A DNA stretch of 64,000 bases, from contig MCFH01000015.1 in NCBI GenBank assembly GCA_002104945.1, positions 248,001-312,000 of the forward strand. Reading direction: 5' to 3'. A program made the position numbers and the translations under genes. The notes under the pieces are model-generated. The model saw only the letters and a program-made list of their open reading frames with translations, ran no database searches and was not told where the DNA came from. Source of the DNA: Piromyces finnis finn. Taxonomy: Eukaryota > Fungi > Neocallimastigomycota. This document shows, piece by piece, positions 1 to 14,342 of this stretch (position 1 is its first letter; each line of letters begins with the position of its first letter).

Positions 1-1718
1 AAAAAAAAAAAAAAAAAAAAAAAGAAAGAAAAGATTAATATTATACATTAATCTATAATTAAATTAGAAAATTGAAAATATATCAAAAAAAATCAAACAT
101 CTTAATGCTCATAAAAAATAACTTTTAATAATGAAATAATGATAAAATAATTAAATAAATAAATTATAAAAATAATGATATACTTCAGTAAGTTTAAAAG
201 AAAAAGAGAATAAAAATAATACAATAATATAATATATTATTAAGGAAAAGTAACATTTAATAGTAGTTCATCTTTTTTTGACTTTAAAAGAATGATATTT
301 ATTTTTAAATATATATACATTTAATTACATTGTTTTTGGAAAATAGATTATAATGTAATATAATGTAATATCACTTATTTATCATTCTAACCCTTTAAAT
401 TAATTATTTTTTGAATATTTTTAAAATTAAAAAAAAAAAGCAAAGAAATCAAATTGGGCTATAACTTTAAGGGAAAAGTAAAATGATTAATCAAAGTTTA
501 ATAATAAACTTTATTTGGAATAGCATTCCATGCTTTTGTTAATCATTCTTTGTTACTAATTTGTTGATAATTTCTTTCTATCATAAATAATAAATATTTT
601 ATTTCTTTATATTTGACAAGTTAATAAGATTTTATTTAATTCATTAGTAGCTTAAATCTATCATTAAAAGTTGTTACAAAAACATTTTTATTTATATATC
701 AATTAAAAAAAGTAAAAAATACTCTTTCTAATAAATATTAATTATAGTATATACTAATTTTACATCAAATTAGACAATTACTAGTTGCTACTTAAAAATT
801 ATTTAAAGAGCAGTCATTTTAAAATTTTACTCTAACCCTAATATTTTAATTTCTGTATTGATAATAATTAAAGTTTCCTTTTTTAATTTATTATAAATTT
901 ATTGTATTACATTAATTTATATTATAATTATGATTATACCATATATTAATAATACATTAAATATAATAAAGTTTAGTATTATCAAATAGAATTCTCTATA
1001 ATAAATATAAATGAATTGAATTATAGTATATTTGAATAAATACTAAAATATTATTGTTTTGAAATGGTATTTTACATTTTACATCTTTAATTAATTCATA
1101 TTAAATTAAATAATATATTGTTAATAAATTAAAACTATTTATTTATAATAAATTCTACTGTATATTATTATCAAAATAATATATTAATTTGAAATTTTTA
1201 ATAAAAATGCCGAAATCTTTTTTTCTTTTTTTTCTTTTTTTTATTTATTTTATTTGTAATTTCGATAAAATAAAGAATTATATTTTTTTGTATTCAAAAC
1301 TTTATTTTCATTATAAATACTGAAAAAAAGTAAGAAAAAAATAAAAATTAAAAAAAAAAAAAAAATTAATTTTACTAAATAATAAATAGAAAAGAAGAGG
1401 AAATTGTATGAAATAAAATGAAATAAATTTAATATAAAAATTGATATAATTAATAACGACAATAATAATATTAGTAATACTAGTAGTAGAAGTAGTAGTA
1501 GTAGTAGTAGAAGTAGTATTAGTATTAGTATTAGTAATATTAGTAGTAGAAGTAGTAGAAGTAGTAGTAGTAGTATTAATGATAATAGCAGTAGCTTTAA
1601 TTTTATTCATTTTAAATAAAAAAAAAAGATAACTATTAATATGTATTAATTGTATTTTATTATTATATATTATATATATATATATATATAAATTAAAACT
1701 TTGAATAGTATAATCAAC

Positions 1719-2067
1719 ATGAAGACCTTAAATTTAATTTTCATTATTGCCACTTGTTTAATGGCTATTAGCCGTGTTTCTGGTACTTTCTATATCGTTA
1801 AGACTTTTGAAAATTATGGAAAGAAGAGTACCGAAGGTGCCGAAGGTCATCTTACTGCAGATGGTGAAAAGAGAGTTGAATGTTTTGCTGGTTTAGTTGG
1901 TAACAAAATTAACCAACCAGACCATATTTACTACAAGGGTGACGGTACTGATAAGCAAGGAAATGTTAAGGTTAACCCAAGAAAGTTCACTGCTGAGGCT
2001 GTAAGTAAAATTGTTTTAAATATTTTTTTTATACTACTAGTTTAACAACAACAACAACAACAACAAC

Positions 2068-2135
<68 letters not shown>

Positions 2136-2691
2136 GCTTGCTGCAAAATTCGGAGGAATTCCAGTTGATGCTATTAGTAAGGAAGAACAATTAAGTAATC
2201 TCTTAGAACGTACTCATGCGTAAGTAGTATTTTAAAAAAAGTAATATTATAAAAAAATAAAAAGCAATTATATTAATATATTTAATAAATATAAATAGTG
2301 ATGGAAGTCAAAACTCTGTTTTCGTTTGGTCTGATCAAGACAAGGCTAAGGAAGTTGCCAAGTATGTATTTTTATTTTTTTATTTGCAAAAAATAATTTA
2401 TAGAAAAGAGGGAAAAATAAAAATGATTAAATTATAATATTAATAATTATATATATATATATTAATAAAACTAAATAATATAGTGCTTTAGGTGCTGCTT
2501 CTACTCCAGCTGAATTCAACAAGGATAACTATGGTGGTATTTGGATTCTTGAAGGTAGTCAACTTACTGAAGCTACTATGGATTGTCCAGGTCTTTCCAA
2601 TATTAAAACTTCTGGTAGTTTAGCTAATATTCGTTTCTCTGTTATGTCACTTGCTGTTGCTGTTATAGCTTCCCTTTACTTTTTCTTTTAA
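1719..2691 (+). CDS. Secreted, probably GPI-anchored histidine-phosphatase (phosphoglycerate mutase-like) fold protein lacking catalytic residues; 4 exons
   Basis: Exons 1719-2000, 2137-2219, 2299-2361 and 2484-2691 join in frame through GT-AG introns. Signal peptide MKTLNLIFIIATCLMAISRVSG; hydrophobic tail FSVMSLAVAVIASLYFFF. Segments HLTADGEKRVECF, NSVFVWSD, VANALG, YGGIW and MDCPGL track the recalled pattern of small secreted fungal PGM-family proteins. Confidence 0.7.
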
Positions 2692-3174
2692 ATAAATTTA
2701 GATTACTATTACTATTGAAAGGATACTTTTCCTCACTATTATAAAAAGAGAGGAATGTAATTAATATTTTATAAATATATAAAAGAAAATAAGCAAAACA
2801 AAAAAATGAAAAAAAAAAAGAAAATTAATTTTTTTTTCATTTTGCTTATTTTTTTTACTCCAAAAACATTTTTTTTAAATAGAAAAAAAAAAAAAAATAA
2901 AATAAAAAATAGAAAAATAAAATATTTTTTTTTAAAAAAAAGTATAAAAAAGATGTGAATTTCAAAGAACATTTTGATGGGGTGTAAAAATCAATGACGC
3001 ATATTAACATGATAAAACTTTTTTTATAAACAATTGATAAAGTTGTTTATTGAATGGTATGATTTAAAAGTAGATTATAAAGAAAGAAGTATATATATAA
3101 AATTGTTTTACATTTCTTTTTTAATAGTGAAAATTATTATTATATAAATTGTATTTTTTTTTTTTTAATGGTTA

Positions 3175-4663
3175 TTAATCCTTTAAGAAATAATTTGGAT
3201 TAGTTTTAACCTTTCGTAGAGTATTGTTATGCCAATCTTGTATAACTTTTAATGGGAAGAATTGTTCTCCTCGTTCGTTGGTTAGGAGAGAAGAAGAAAA
3301 ACTGGAACAATAGTTATATAAGTTTTCAATAATTTTAGTTGTAATTTTTTCAGCATTGGCCATAGTAGAAGCTTTAGATGAAGCAATGACAGCTTCACTT
3401 GATTGAATTTGTGCTATGACTTGATCTATTGGTTCAATTGAAATACCTAATTCAGCTGAAACACCACCCATCATTGGTCCACCAAATGGTGAATCTGATG
3501 GTATTGATTTAGCATTGGCTAATTTGAAGATAGCACTTGGTTTATCATTACTATTATTATCAATATTAAAATATAAAGTATACATATTATTATTATTATT
3601 ATCATTATCATCCATATTATCATCATTCTAATTAATATATTGAAATATATATGCTTATTTTTGTAGATTTTTTTAATTACAAAACCATTTACCTTAACAT
3701 TCCTAATAATCTCCAATCTGGAATTGGTTGTGGCCTTGATTTATTATTTTGGTTTAATAAAATAAAATAAAATAAAAAAAATTTATTAGCATAGTAGTGG
3801 AAAAAAAAAAAAAAAGAGACAGAGTAAAATATTTAAAATTTTCCATTATTAATATATACCAATAAAAATGTACAGTGGCAGCATAACCATCTGGGAACTA
3901 TTTATTCATAATAATAAAAATATTCATTATTATTAATATATTATTACTTTTTATATACTATTACTTTATTTTTACAATACTTACTGGCATTGTACCGGTC
4001 ATAAATACGACAATATGGTTAATATCTTGAGCTTGTGGAAGTTCAAAGACATACTAATTATTTTATAGAAATATTTAGAATTCATTCGTAATTCAATTGT
4101 CAAATATCAAAAAAATTTTATATCTAATAACTACCTTGTTTGAATCAACTTTTTTATTTAATAAATTTATAAAAAATGTATTATTATCAATTGTTAAATA
4201 GGAATAAATATTAATTTGTTGAATATATATATATATATATACATGTATATAAATATTTATTGAAATTTTTATTATATACCTTGCTTAACGTCGGTTTGAA
4301 TCTAAGATTATTTCCAATTTTTTTTATTTTATTTTTTTTTTTTTTGAAATCATTTTATTGAGATGATTTTTTTTAAATTATAAAATATTAATATATAATA
4401 ATTTTTATTTGAAATTCGAATATATATATATATATTATATTTAATATTATAGCTTTTTTTTTTTTTTTTTTTTTTTGAAGAAATTTCATTTTTTGATAAA
4501 ACTTACAAGTCTTCCAGCTTTATTAGTTGAAATAATTAAATTTTTTTTTATTATTTTTAGAAATTTTAGAGTATAGGTTAAATTTCTATCCATAATATTA
4601 CTTTTTAAAGAAATATTAATATTTTATTTCTCCAAGATAATTACCAACAATACAGCCAAACAT
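3175..4663 (-). CDS. OPI10: Hikeshi/OPI10 family Hsp70 nuclear import carrier; 7 exons
   Basis: Spliced: MFGCIVAGRL IQTDVKQVDSNK YVFELPQAQDINHIVVFMTGTMP FPDGYAATVHFYWPQPIPDWRLLGMLSNDKPSAIFKL...ELGISIEP...IQDWHNNTLRKVKTNPNYFLKD. Exons 4663-4645, 4517-4507, 4301-4280, 4148-4135, 4053-3985, 3897-3860, 3734-3693, then 3550-3175 (8 coding segments in total); all GT-AG and in phase. Confidence 0.92.
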
Positions 4664-5036
4664 TTTTAGGATGAATATAAATTAAAAATTGAATTTATGG
4701 AAAAGATTCGAGTAAAGGTAAATAAAAAAAGTGTATAATACTATTATGACAGTGGTATATATTGTTTTTTCCCAGAAGAAAAATTTTAAAGGTTTTGTTT
4801 TACTGTAGTATAGATAAAGAAGTTAAGATTAGTTAGATTATTATTATTATCATTTTTAAAAAAATATTTTATTACAAATAGATGGTGTTCTTAAAACACA
4901 TAATAAACTTGTAGTAAAAAACATTTTTATGTACTATTTTCTTTATCTATTTTTTCTTCTTCTTTTGTTTATTTAATATATATATATTTCCCTTCCAACA
5001 ACATTCTTATTATAGGCAAGTTGAAATGAGTTGAAA

Positions 5037-5074
<38 letters not shown>

Positions 5075-6881
5075 ATTATTTTTTTTTTAATAAATAAAAA
5101 AAAAGTTGATTATTTAAACTCAAATTTTATAAATAATTTTCTTGATTTCTTATAGTCGATACCTTTTTTTTTTTTTATTCAACTCTTTTTTATTTAAATT
5201 GCTAATGAAACTTTAAGATATTTAACTTTTTTTTAATACTTTTAATTACGAGATTTTTTTTTTAAAAATTAATAAAAGTTTATGTGTCATTTTCGATAAT
5301 CAACTTTGTATTTTATAGTTTAAGGAATATATATAATATATATATATATATTTAATTATCATTATTACCACTTTTTTTTTAAATTACCTTTTTTTATTAC
5401 TTTGTCTTCTTTTATAAATGTTGAATTTTAAAAAAAAAAATAAAATTTTAGTTTAAAAAAAAAAAACTTTTTAAATATAAAAAAAAATCTTTTTTCTTTT
5501 TAATAATAATTAAAGTTTAATAGAAAAAAGAAATTTATCGAACATTTTTAGGATTAATTATGGGAAGATTCTTTGTAGGTGAAGGCTACATTTCTGCCAA
5601 AAAAAAAATCTTAATTTTTAATAAAATTTTATTTCTATTCATTTAATTTATTTGATTATATTATTAATATATTATGTTCATATATTATTTAATAAAGTTG
5701 CATCTGCTGCTGAAATTAAAAATGGTGTCTTTTACATTTTATGATGAAAACTAAAGAAAAATATTAGGAACATAGAAGAAGAGGTTATTAATAAGGAATA
5801 ATAACAACAAATAGTAATACTTTATTTAATGATAATAAGGAATAATAGAAAATAGAAAACAATAATAAATAATAATATAACTATATAATAATAATAATCA
5901 TAGTTATTCATTAACATTGATACTATATTTAATTAATTATATTAGAAAAAAAAAAAAAGAAAGAGTCCTTTAAATGAAATTTCTTATTGAATTTTTCTTT
6001 TTAATTTCATTATAGTTAGTTTGTTATTATATTCATGTTCATTATTGATTAATTATTAATTTTTTTATAGGATTCTTTTTTATTTGAAATGAGCTTTATT
6101 TAAAAGTTATAAAAATTCATCTTTTAAAAATTGAATGTTTTACTTTCTTTTTAATGGTTGTAAATTTAAAATGCTTTTAGCGTTTGAATTTAAAATTATA
6201 ACTAACTTTTTTTTTATTTTATTTGAATAATGACTTTATTTCATTTTTATAAAAAAAAAAATAAGAATTAGAATTATTTATATATCATGTTTGCTTGTAA
6301 AACAGGAAATAAAAAATTAAAGTTTTTACAGTTTAATAAAAAAAAAAAAAAAACAATTTATATATTTAACATTTTGATAAAAAAAATAACAATATGTTTT
6401 ATGAGTTTATCGTTAAAGTTATAGTATTACAAGAATAGCAACTATATATTATTATTGTGAAAATTTAATTTTTTAAACATTTCAAAAGAGTACTTCAGAA
6501 ATACATTATCATTCTTTTATCAATTAATTAACTATTACTTTCTTGGAGGATTTATATCTGAATATCATTATTATTTTTTTTTTTTTTAAAAAAAAAACAG
6601 GACATCAAAAAATTAATATTATATGATTAAAAAAGAAAGAGAGAACTAATATTGAAATAAAAAGATTTTTTAATAAAATTTATATTATTTCAATAATAAT
6701 AAAAATAAAAAAGACTTTTTTTTTTTAACCAAATAAAAATATATATATATATATTTGGATATCAAGCAGTAGAAAATATCATAAAAAATTAATAAAAAAA
6801 TAAATAATAGTTAAATAATTATTATATTACAATTACTTCTACTACCACTACCACTTTTACTATTAATAATAAAATAATAAA

Positions 6882-9800
6882 ATGGTTGTTAAGAAAAAGG
6901 ATAAAGGTCATAAGAAAACTAAAAATGGTAAATCCAAAAAAGAACCAAAAATTGATCCAAAAATTGAAGTAGAATATATGAGAAATCCTGCTATGGAAAA
7001 ATTGTATGGATCATTATTATTTTAAGTAATTCTAATATTAATAAATTTTTAATTTTCTAAAACCTCTTTTTTTTTTTTTTTTTTAAATGTATATTATTAA
7101 TTAATAATAAATTGACAATAGATTTGAAAATGCTTCCAGGGAAAATGAACAGTATAAAGTAAGAATCGAAACTTTAATTAAAACTATTGATAATTTACAA
7201 GAAACATGTCGTACCCAAGATCATGATGCTGTAAGTTATTCACAAATATATATATAGATTGAATAAAATTAGTGTTATTATAGTAAATATATATCTACAT
7301 ACTGTGTTAAAAAATGATTTTATTGAAATCTATTCTTTCCTATTATTTTTTCTTTTTAATTTATTTTTAATTAGTTGGAAATCATATCATCACTTCAAAA
7401 AGAATCTGAATCTAAAGATACAAAAATAAAATTATTAGAAGGTCAAATGGATAATGAACGTGAAACAGCAAGATTAGAAAAAGAATCTATAATAAGAGAT
7501 TATGAAAATCAAATTTCAGGTAATATTTTATTTATATATATATATATATATAAATATCAAAATTATAAAAATAAATAGAATAATAAATATTATTATATTA
7601 GGTTAAATTAGGAATTCATTAATAAATACTATTCTTATATATAAATAATCTTATTAATTATTTTTTTTCATATAATTATGCAATAATAGATTTAAAAGAG
7701 GTTTTAAGAGAAAAAGAAACTTCTCTAAAAGTTATTAAAGATGAATTTAATGTTTTAAAAGATTTTAGAGTAGGCAACCTATTATTCCTGTTATTTTTTT
7801 TTTATAATAATTTTTATTAAATATGGATACAATATTTTCTTTTAAAGAAAAAATTAAACTTGATAGTGAAACTAGATTTTATGATAAAAAAAAAAAACCC
7901 AAATTTTAATAATTATATCTATATGTTATATGGTATTTAATTTATAATTTTTTATAATGGAATTAGAGGAAAAGGCGTGAATTGATGCAAGAATTGGAAA
8001 GGAAAAATAATGATATGATTGAGATAGAAAAGACGAATAAAGATAAAATAGATCGATTAGAAAAGAAATTTTTTGAAGAAAAAGTTAGACTTCAAAAGGA
8101 AACAAATAAAAAATTATCTGAATTAGCATCTAAAGCTCATGAGGTAGGAATAAATAAATATTGTTAATAAATCCTGCTATTATTATTATTATCGTTTTTT
8201 TAAAAGTTTATACAAACTAAATATATATATATAAATATATAATATTTAAATATTTAAAAAAAAGGAAGCAATTTTAAATTTAAAACAAACAACCAAAGAA
8301 GTGTATAAAGAAAATTTACGTATGGCAGATGCTTTAAGATATCATGTTATGGAAGGAGAAGGACTTCAAAAATTAAATAATCAATTATCTGTTACAAATA
8401 AACAACTTTTAGAAGAAAAAGATCTTAATTCTATTATTGTAAAAGAAAAAATTATGCAATCAAAAAAACAAAATGATCAAGTATGTATTATATATATTTT
8501 ATGTATTATATGTATTACATATTATTCATTAAAATAATCTATATAATCTATATGAAAATAAATAGTTAAAAATTACCTTTTTTTTTTTCATCACATCCTA
8601 CCTTTATATATTTTTATATTATTTCTGTAGATTAAGGAATTACAAAATAAAGTGATATCCATGGAATATACCTTGAGTCATATTGTTAGAGAATTCGATC
8701 AAGAAAAAGAAATGATAAGCAAATTAGCAAAACAAGAAATTGATAAAGTTAGATGTACAGTCGATACCTTGAAAAGTGAATTAGACATAAGAATTAAACA
8801 AATGAAACAAATAAGAGTAAAATTATATAGTGATTTATATTTTAAAAAATAACTATTTTTTGTTTTTATATAATGTATATTTGATATGATCTTTTTTTTT
8901 TTTTTTTTTTTTAAAATTCAATATGTCGGATTGACTACTTTTTTTTCTTTATATATTATTTATTTATATTATTATAAGTATCATAGATTCATTTATAACT
9001 GATTATATTATTATTATTAATATTATTATTGTAAATAAAGAGAATAGCACAACATATTTTAGATCAAAGAACAGATTTAGAAACATTTTTTATGGATGCC
9101 TTGGATCATGTTAAAATTGAAATATGTCATGAACGAGAAGAAAGACGTAGACGTGAAGCCGAAGAATATAATCGAAAAATTAAAAATGTTAGTAATGCTA
9201 ATTTTATTCTTTTTAATTAAAAAAAAAGAGAAAAATTACATATTATATTAATACATGTATATTCATTAAAAAAAAAGAAAAACATTTAAAATAATATATT
9301 AAACATTAATCTATATATCCATTGGTGATTCATTATTACTAATAACAATAATAATATTGATATTAATAATAATAATTTCTATCTATCTATATGCGACTAC
9401 AAAATTTATTAGGTATTAAAATCTCATGACACAAATGATGCTGAAAGTTTAAATAAGGAAGTTGAGGAACAAAAATTACGAGTGAAAAAGAATGCAAATA
9501 AGATTGATATTACTCAATTATCATGGAAGGATAAAGAGAGAGTATTACGTATTTTATTTGCAAAAATGAATGGTATAGCAATGCAAGGCAGTGATGGTAA
9601 TGAAGAGAATAAAATTAGTAGTGGTGATTATCAAATGGATGAAAATTCGAAAAAACAAAAAGATGATGATGAAGAAGGTAGTGAATATACAGAAAATAGT
9701 GAGGAAGAAAAAGAAGGAGGAGAAGAAGAAGATGTTGCTTATGATTCAAATATTGAATATATTTCTGATATTGAATCCATTGATATGATAGAAGAAATGA

Positions 9801-10423
9801 GAAAACAAGAAAAGGAAAAAGATTCCGATCAATTAATTCTTGATAGTATACGGAATCAACAACTGCAAAAAAATGTACATGAATCTAATATTATTAGTAT
9901 TGGAGATAGAGATAGTAAAGAAAATATTGTTAATGAATTTCCAAGTCCACATCCACCATTAAATGAACCTCAAAATAAAGATATTATCAGTAGAAATAAA
10001 AAGAGAAGTAACAGTAGTTTAAGTCATTCAAATTCAAGACTACTAATGCAATTAAATAATAATGATACTAATATCATTACAACCACCACCAATAATAGTG
10101 ATAATAACAATAATATGGATTCAAATGAAGCAACATCGCCTATACCACCACAAGAAGTCAATAATAGTGGTTCTATAAAGGCAACAACAAAAGAAATCAT
10201 GAAATCAGATGAAAGTTTGAATAAATTTATAGAAGATGGAATTAAAGATTGTCATAAATCAGAAGAAGAGTTAAAAGCTCAGTCAATGGAAACTTTTGAT
10301 GAGTTTTTGAAAAGAAGTATGAGTAAGGTTAATGAGGGGGATGTTGATGAAAAAAATGAAGATCACAAAACTACTGAATATGATACAAGTAATATAACTG
10401 AAGCACAATTAATTGATGATTAA
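6882..10423 (+). CDS. BBOF1: Basal body-orientation factor 1 (CCDC176) coiled-coil flagellar protein; multi-exon
   Basis: Basic N-terminus MVVKKKDKGHKK. Exons give RLEKKFFEEKVRLQKETNKKLSELASKAHE, VYKENLRMADALRYH, LNSIIVKEKIMQ, FLDQRTDLETFFMDALDHVK and DITQLSWKDKERVLRILFAKMNG, matching recalled BBOF1 motifs. ORF-track pieces at 7375, 7982, 8301, 8652 and 9482 are exons of this gene. Confidence 0.88.
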
Positions 10424-12481
10424 TATATAAATATGGAACAGCATAAATGATGCTTTTTTTTTTTTAAATAAAAAAAGAAAAAACATTAATGAAAGAATAA
10501 TAGTTATTCTCATCCTTTCTCTTTTCACATAAAATAAATAATAATCAGTTCAGTATATAGGATGAAAAAAAATAACAACAACAACAGCAACAACAAAATT
10601 TAATACTTTAATATCATTTTTCATAATATTTTTTTTGTATATTTTATTCTTTATTTAAAACAAAAAAGAATAAATATATACATCTTTTTTCATTATTAAA
10701 TAATCAAAATAGTAAAATAAAAAGTTTTTATTTCATACTATTATTATCATTATAAATATTTTATTATATATTTCCCCCTTGATATTAATACAAGCAATAC
10801 AACATCATTATTTATTAAATTATATTTTTAAATAGTTAAAAGTAAAAAAAAAATACATTTTTTTATTTATATATTTTAATGACGATACCATATAATTTTT
10901 CTTTTATTATTAAAATAAAATATACATTGAAATGTATTTTGTTAAAATTATATAAAAAAAAAAAAAAAAAAAATAAAAGCTATTTATTATAAATTAAAAA
11001 AAAAAAAATAATTTTATATATTTTGTTAATGTCATATCGTTAATAACATTTGAAAGGAAAAACTAAATGAGACATTTTAAAATTGATAGGAATATATTCT
11101 TTTTTTTTTTTTTTATTAATTTCATGATTCATTCTCTAAGAAAATTAATAATAAACCAAACTAAACTTTTTTTAAAAAAAGTTAGGTCATTCAATACATA
11201 TTTAATATTAGAATTTTTTAATTACATATTTAAATCATTATAAAAGTTTATCTTTTAGTTTTTTTTTGGCAGTAGATAACGTAGATAACAACAACAGAAA
11301 TAACAATACATAATAATATACCAATTAAAAAAGAATATTAAATTTTATTTTTTTTTTCTATAATGTTTATTACCATTTCATTTAAATTGTAGAAATATAT
11401 CTTTTAAAGAAAAAAGATATATATAAATTATTAGTAAAGTATTTATTAATATTGAAATAAATTATTTTAATGTTAACCTTTTTTTATAAATATAAAAAAA
11501 ATAAAAACATATATAATTTATATTAATAATGATATAGATAATATACCTATTTATTACAACTATGATATTTTCTTTTATTTTTTGATATATATAATATTAT
11601 AGTAGGATAAAAGCCTACAATTTATTTTTTTTTCATATAAATAATTAGAGTTTTTAATGCATTTACTAATGAAAAATTAAAGTTTTCCGTAACCTTAATT
11701 TCGCAAAAGAACATCATACGAAAAAAAAAAAAAAAAACCTTAAAAAAAAAGAGAAAAATCTATCATGATTAATGTTATTAAAAACTTAAAATTATAACAT
11801 ACTAAATAACTATTGATTGATTCATTTATTTTTTTTTATACCTCTAAATAATTTTCAAAATACTATCAGTACTGTAAGGTTAAGCTATCTATATAGTTTT
11901 ATTTTTTTGTTGTTTGAATTGTTGTTTCAATTGAATAAAATAATTCCGTTATTTAATATATTTTCCATATATAGTATAATTAATGAATAATATTGTTTGT
12001 TATCAATTTGGTAATATTAATAATAAAAATGTATCTTTGTATTTTTTTTTTATGCGTGTTACTAACATTGTAAAAAAAAGGTCATCTTTCATTGCCTATA
12101 AAGTTCTGCTTACATTTTTCAAGTTTTTGGTATTTTTTATGCTAAAACCTTTTAACTTTTCTTGTTTAAAATTTTAATTAAAAACTTTAATTCTTAACCA
12201 AAAAAGGAAAAATTTAATTAATTTTTTTTTAAAAAATCTACGAACTTTAATCCTAAAAATGTTTACATCCTACAAAAAAAAAAGATCTTCACCACTAAAA
12301 ATTAAAAAATTCTGGCTGCAAAGGATTAAATAATAAAAAAAAAATTTTTTTTTTACTATTAAAAAATCTTTAAATAAAAAATAAATAAAAATAAAAATTC
12401 CCATCTTTTATAAAAATTATTTTTAATTCACCAATTTCTCATTTTTTTTTTTTTATATTTCTTTGAAACTCTCAAAGTAAA

Positions 12482-13834
12482 ATGTTAAAGTATATAGGAG
12501 TATGTATATTTATAATATTACCTTTTTTTTTTATACTATATTCTATTTAAAAAAAAAAAAAATTTAAAGAATTAGATGATGATATAAAAAATATTAGAAA
12601 TTAAATGATATAAATATATATAAATATTACTTTATTAAAAATATCATATTACTAATGATTCTTTTATTTTTTTAAAAATACAAAAAAAGAGTATTTTTCA
12701 ATGTACCTCTTTCCAACATAAAGGAAAAAAGAATCTTGTAAAGAGTGAAGATGACTTTTTACAAAAGATTATGACTAATAACAAAAAAGTTATTAAAACC
12801 AAAACTAGAAATAATCCAAAATTTTATAAGGATTTAGCCAAGGGTCAACATCCAAGAGTTCTTTTTATTGGTAATTATTATAATTTTATAATAAACAATT
12901 ATGTATTGATTGAAAATAGAGTTATTAAAATCATGAATTAAATTTATTCTAGGTTGTTCTGATTCTAGAGTTCCAGTTTCTATTACTGGTCTTGATGCTG
13001 GTGAAATCTTTGTTCACCGTAATATTGCCAATGTTATTTCCAAAAATGATTTAAATAGTGGTAGTGTTATTCAATATGCTGTTGAACATTTAAAGGTTGA
13101 ATATATTATTGTCTGTGGTAAATATCTTGATTTATTAGAAAATTCTAAAAAGATAAACCTTTTTTTTTTTTTTAGCAAGAATTTTAAATTATTAAAACAT
13201 AATGTATATTATTATTCCAAAAAATAATTTTTATTAAGGTCACACTAACTGTGGTGGTGTTGCTGCAAGTCTTGTAAATATATAAAAAAACTATTTTTAA
13301 AAATTTAAATGATTTTTATAGAATTTTATAAAATTTTTATTTTATATTATAGTATTAACGGTTTATTATTTCTTTTAATATTTGATAAACCAACAACAGG
13401 AACATGAAGATTTAGGTTTCATGGGTGGATGGATCAATAATATTAAGAATACTTATAATCAACATAAACATGAACTTATAAGTAAATATTTCTCTCTTTT
13501 TCAACTTTTTTTTTTTTTTTTCATATATAAATATTTATTTAATGAAAAATAAATAATAAATATAAAATTATTATTATATAAAAATAATATTCTGTTTTTA
13601 GAATTACCTGAAAATGAAATGAAAACAGCTCTTAGTGAATTAAATACTGTTCAATCTGTTTACAATATTGTTTCTAATCCAGCTGTTACTAATGCTTGGT
13701 CTAATGGTCAAAAATTAACTGTTGTTGGTTGGATGTATGAAATTGAACATGGTAAATTACGTGAATTAGATTGCACCTTTAGTAAATTAGAAGATCTTAA
13801 AAAAATTAATAATGGAGTAAGCAGTCATCTTTAA
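12482..13834 (+). CDS. Beta-class carbonic anhydrase; 6 exons
   Basis: Spliced motifs [50 protein letters not shown] (Zn ligands Cys, His, Cys plus Asp-Arg dyad) and terminal exon [11 protein letters not shown]...[13 protein letters not shown]. First exon ATG TTA AAG TAT ATA GGA|gtatgt at 12482 is inferred. Confidence 0.93.
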
Positions 13835-14206
13835 GTATAAAAGTTTTTCTATGACAACTTTTATAATTAAGGTGACAGGACCATAATTTTTTGTCGCTTA
13901 TGATATTTATTAAAAGTGAAAATGAGATAATTAAAAATAATGATTATTTAAAAAAAAAAAAACATTTTATAAAAGAATTAAAAATACAAATTAAAAATAA
14001 CAACTAATTAAAAAAAAAAAAATTCAAAAATCAAAATAAAACAAAATAAAATACAAAAAGAAAGAAACAAACAAACAAACAAAAAAAAAAAAAACAAAAA
14101 TAGAAATAGAAATAGAAATTGATAATTAAATAACAATTATCTTTCTAAAATAATATTTAACAATGACAAATAAAAACAAAAAAAAAAAAAAAAAAAAAAA
14201 AGAAAA

Positions 14207-14342
14207 AGAAAAAGAAATTAGATAATTTAAATTTCAAGTTATCTAAAATATACAACAAGAAAAAGAAATTAGATAATTTAAATTTCAATTTATCTAAAAT
14301 ATATAACAAGAAAAAGAAATTAGATAACCAAGATTATCTAAG
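14207..14342. repeat. 51-bp tandem repeat (about 2.6 copies); each unit has an inverted repeat TTAGATAA...TTATCTAA
   Basis: TTAGATAA starts at 14218, 14269 and 14320; each is followed by TTATCTAA after 13, 13 and 6 nt. Confidence 0.85.

Noticed and set aside
1250-1610. Minus-strand ORFs, including a 99-aa Thr-rich ORF
   Set aside because: They derive from an (AGT)n/(AGTATT)n simple repeat and poly-A/T tracts; no splice or family support.
5560-5760. Slightly GC-richer patch that might be exons (VASAAEIKNGVFYIL)
   Set aside because: No consistent frame or splice chain could be assembled.
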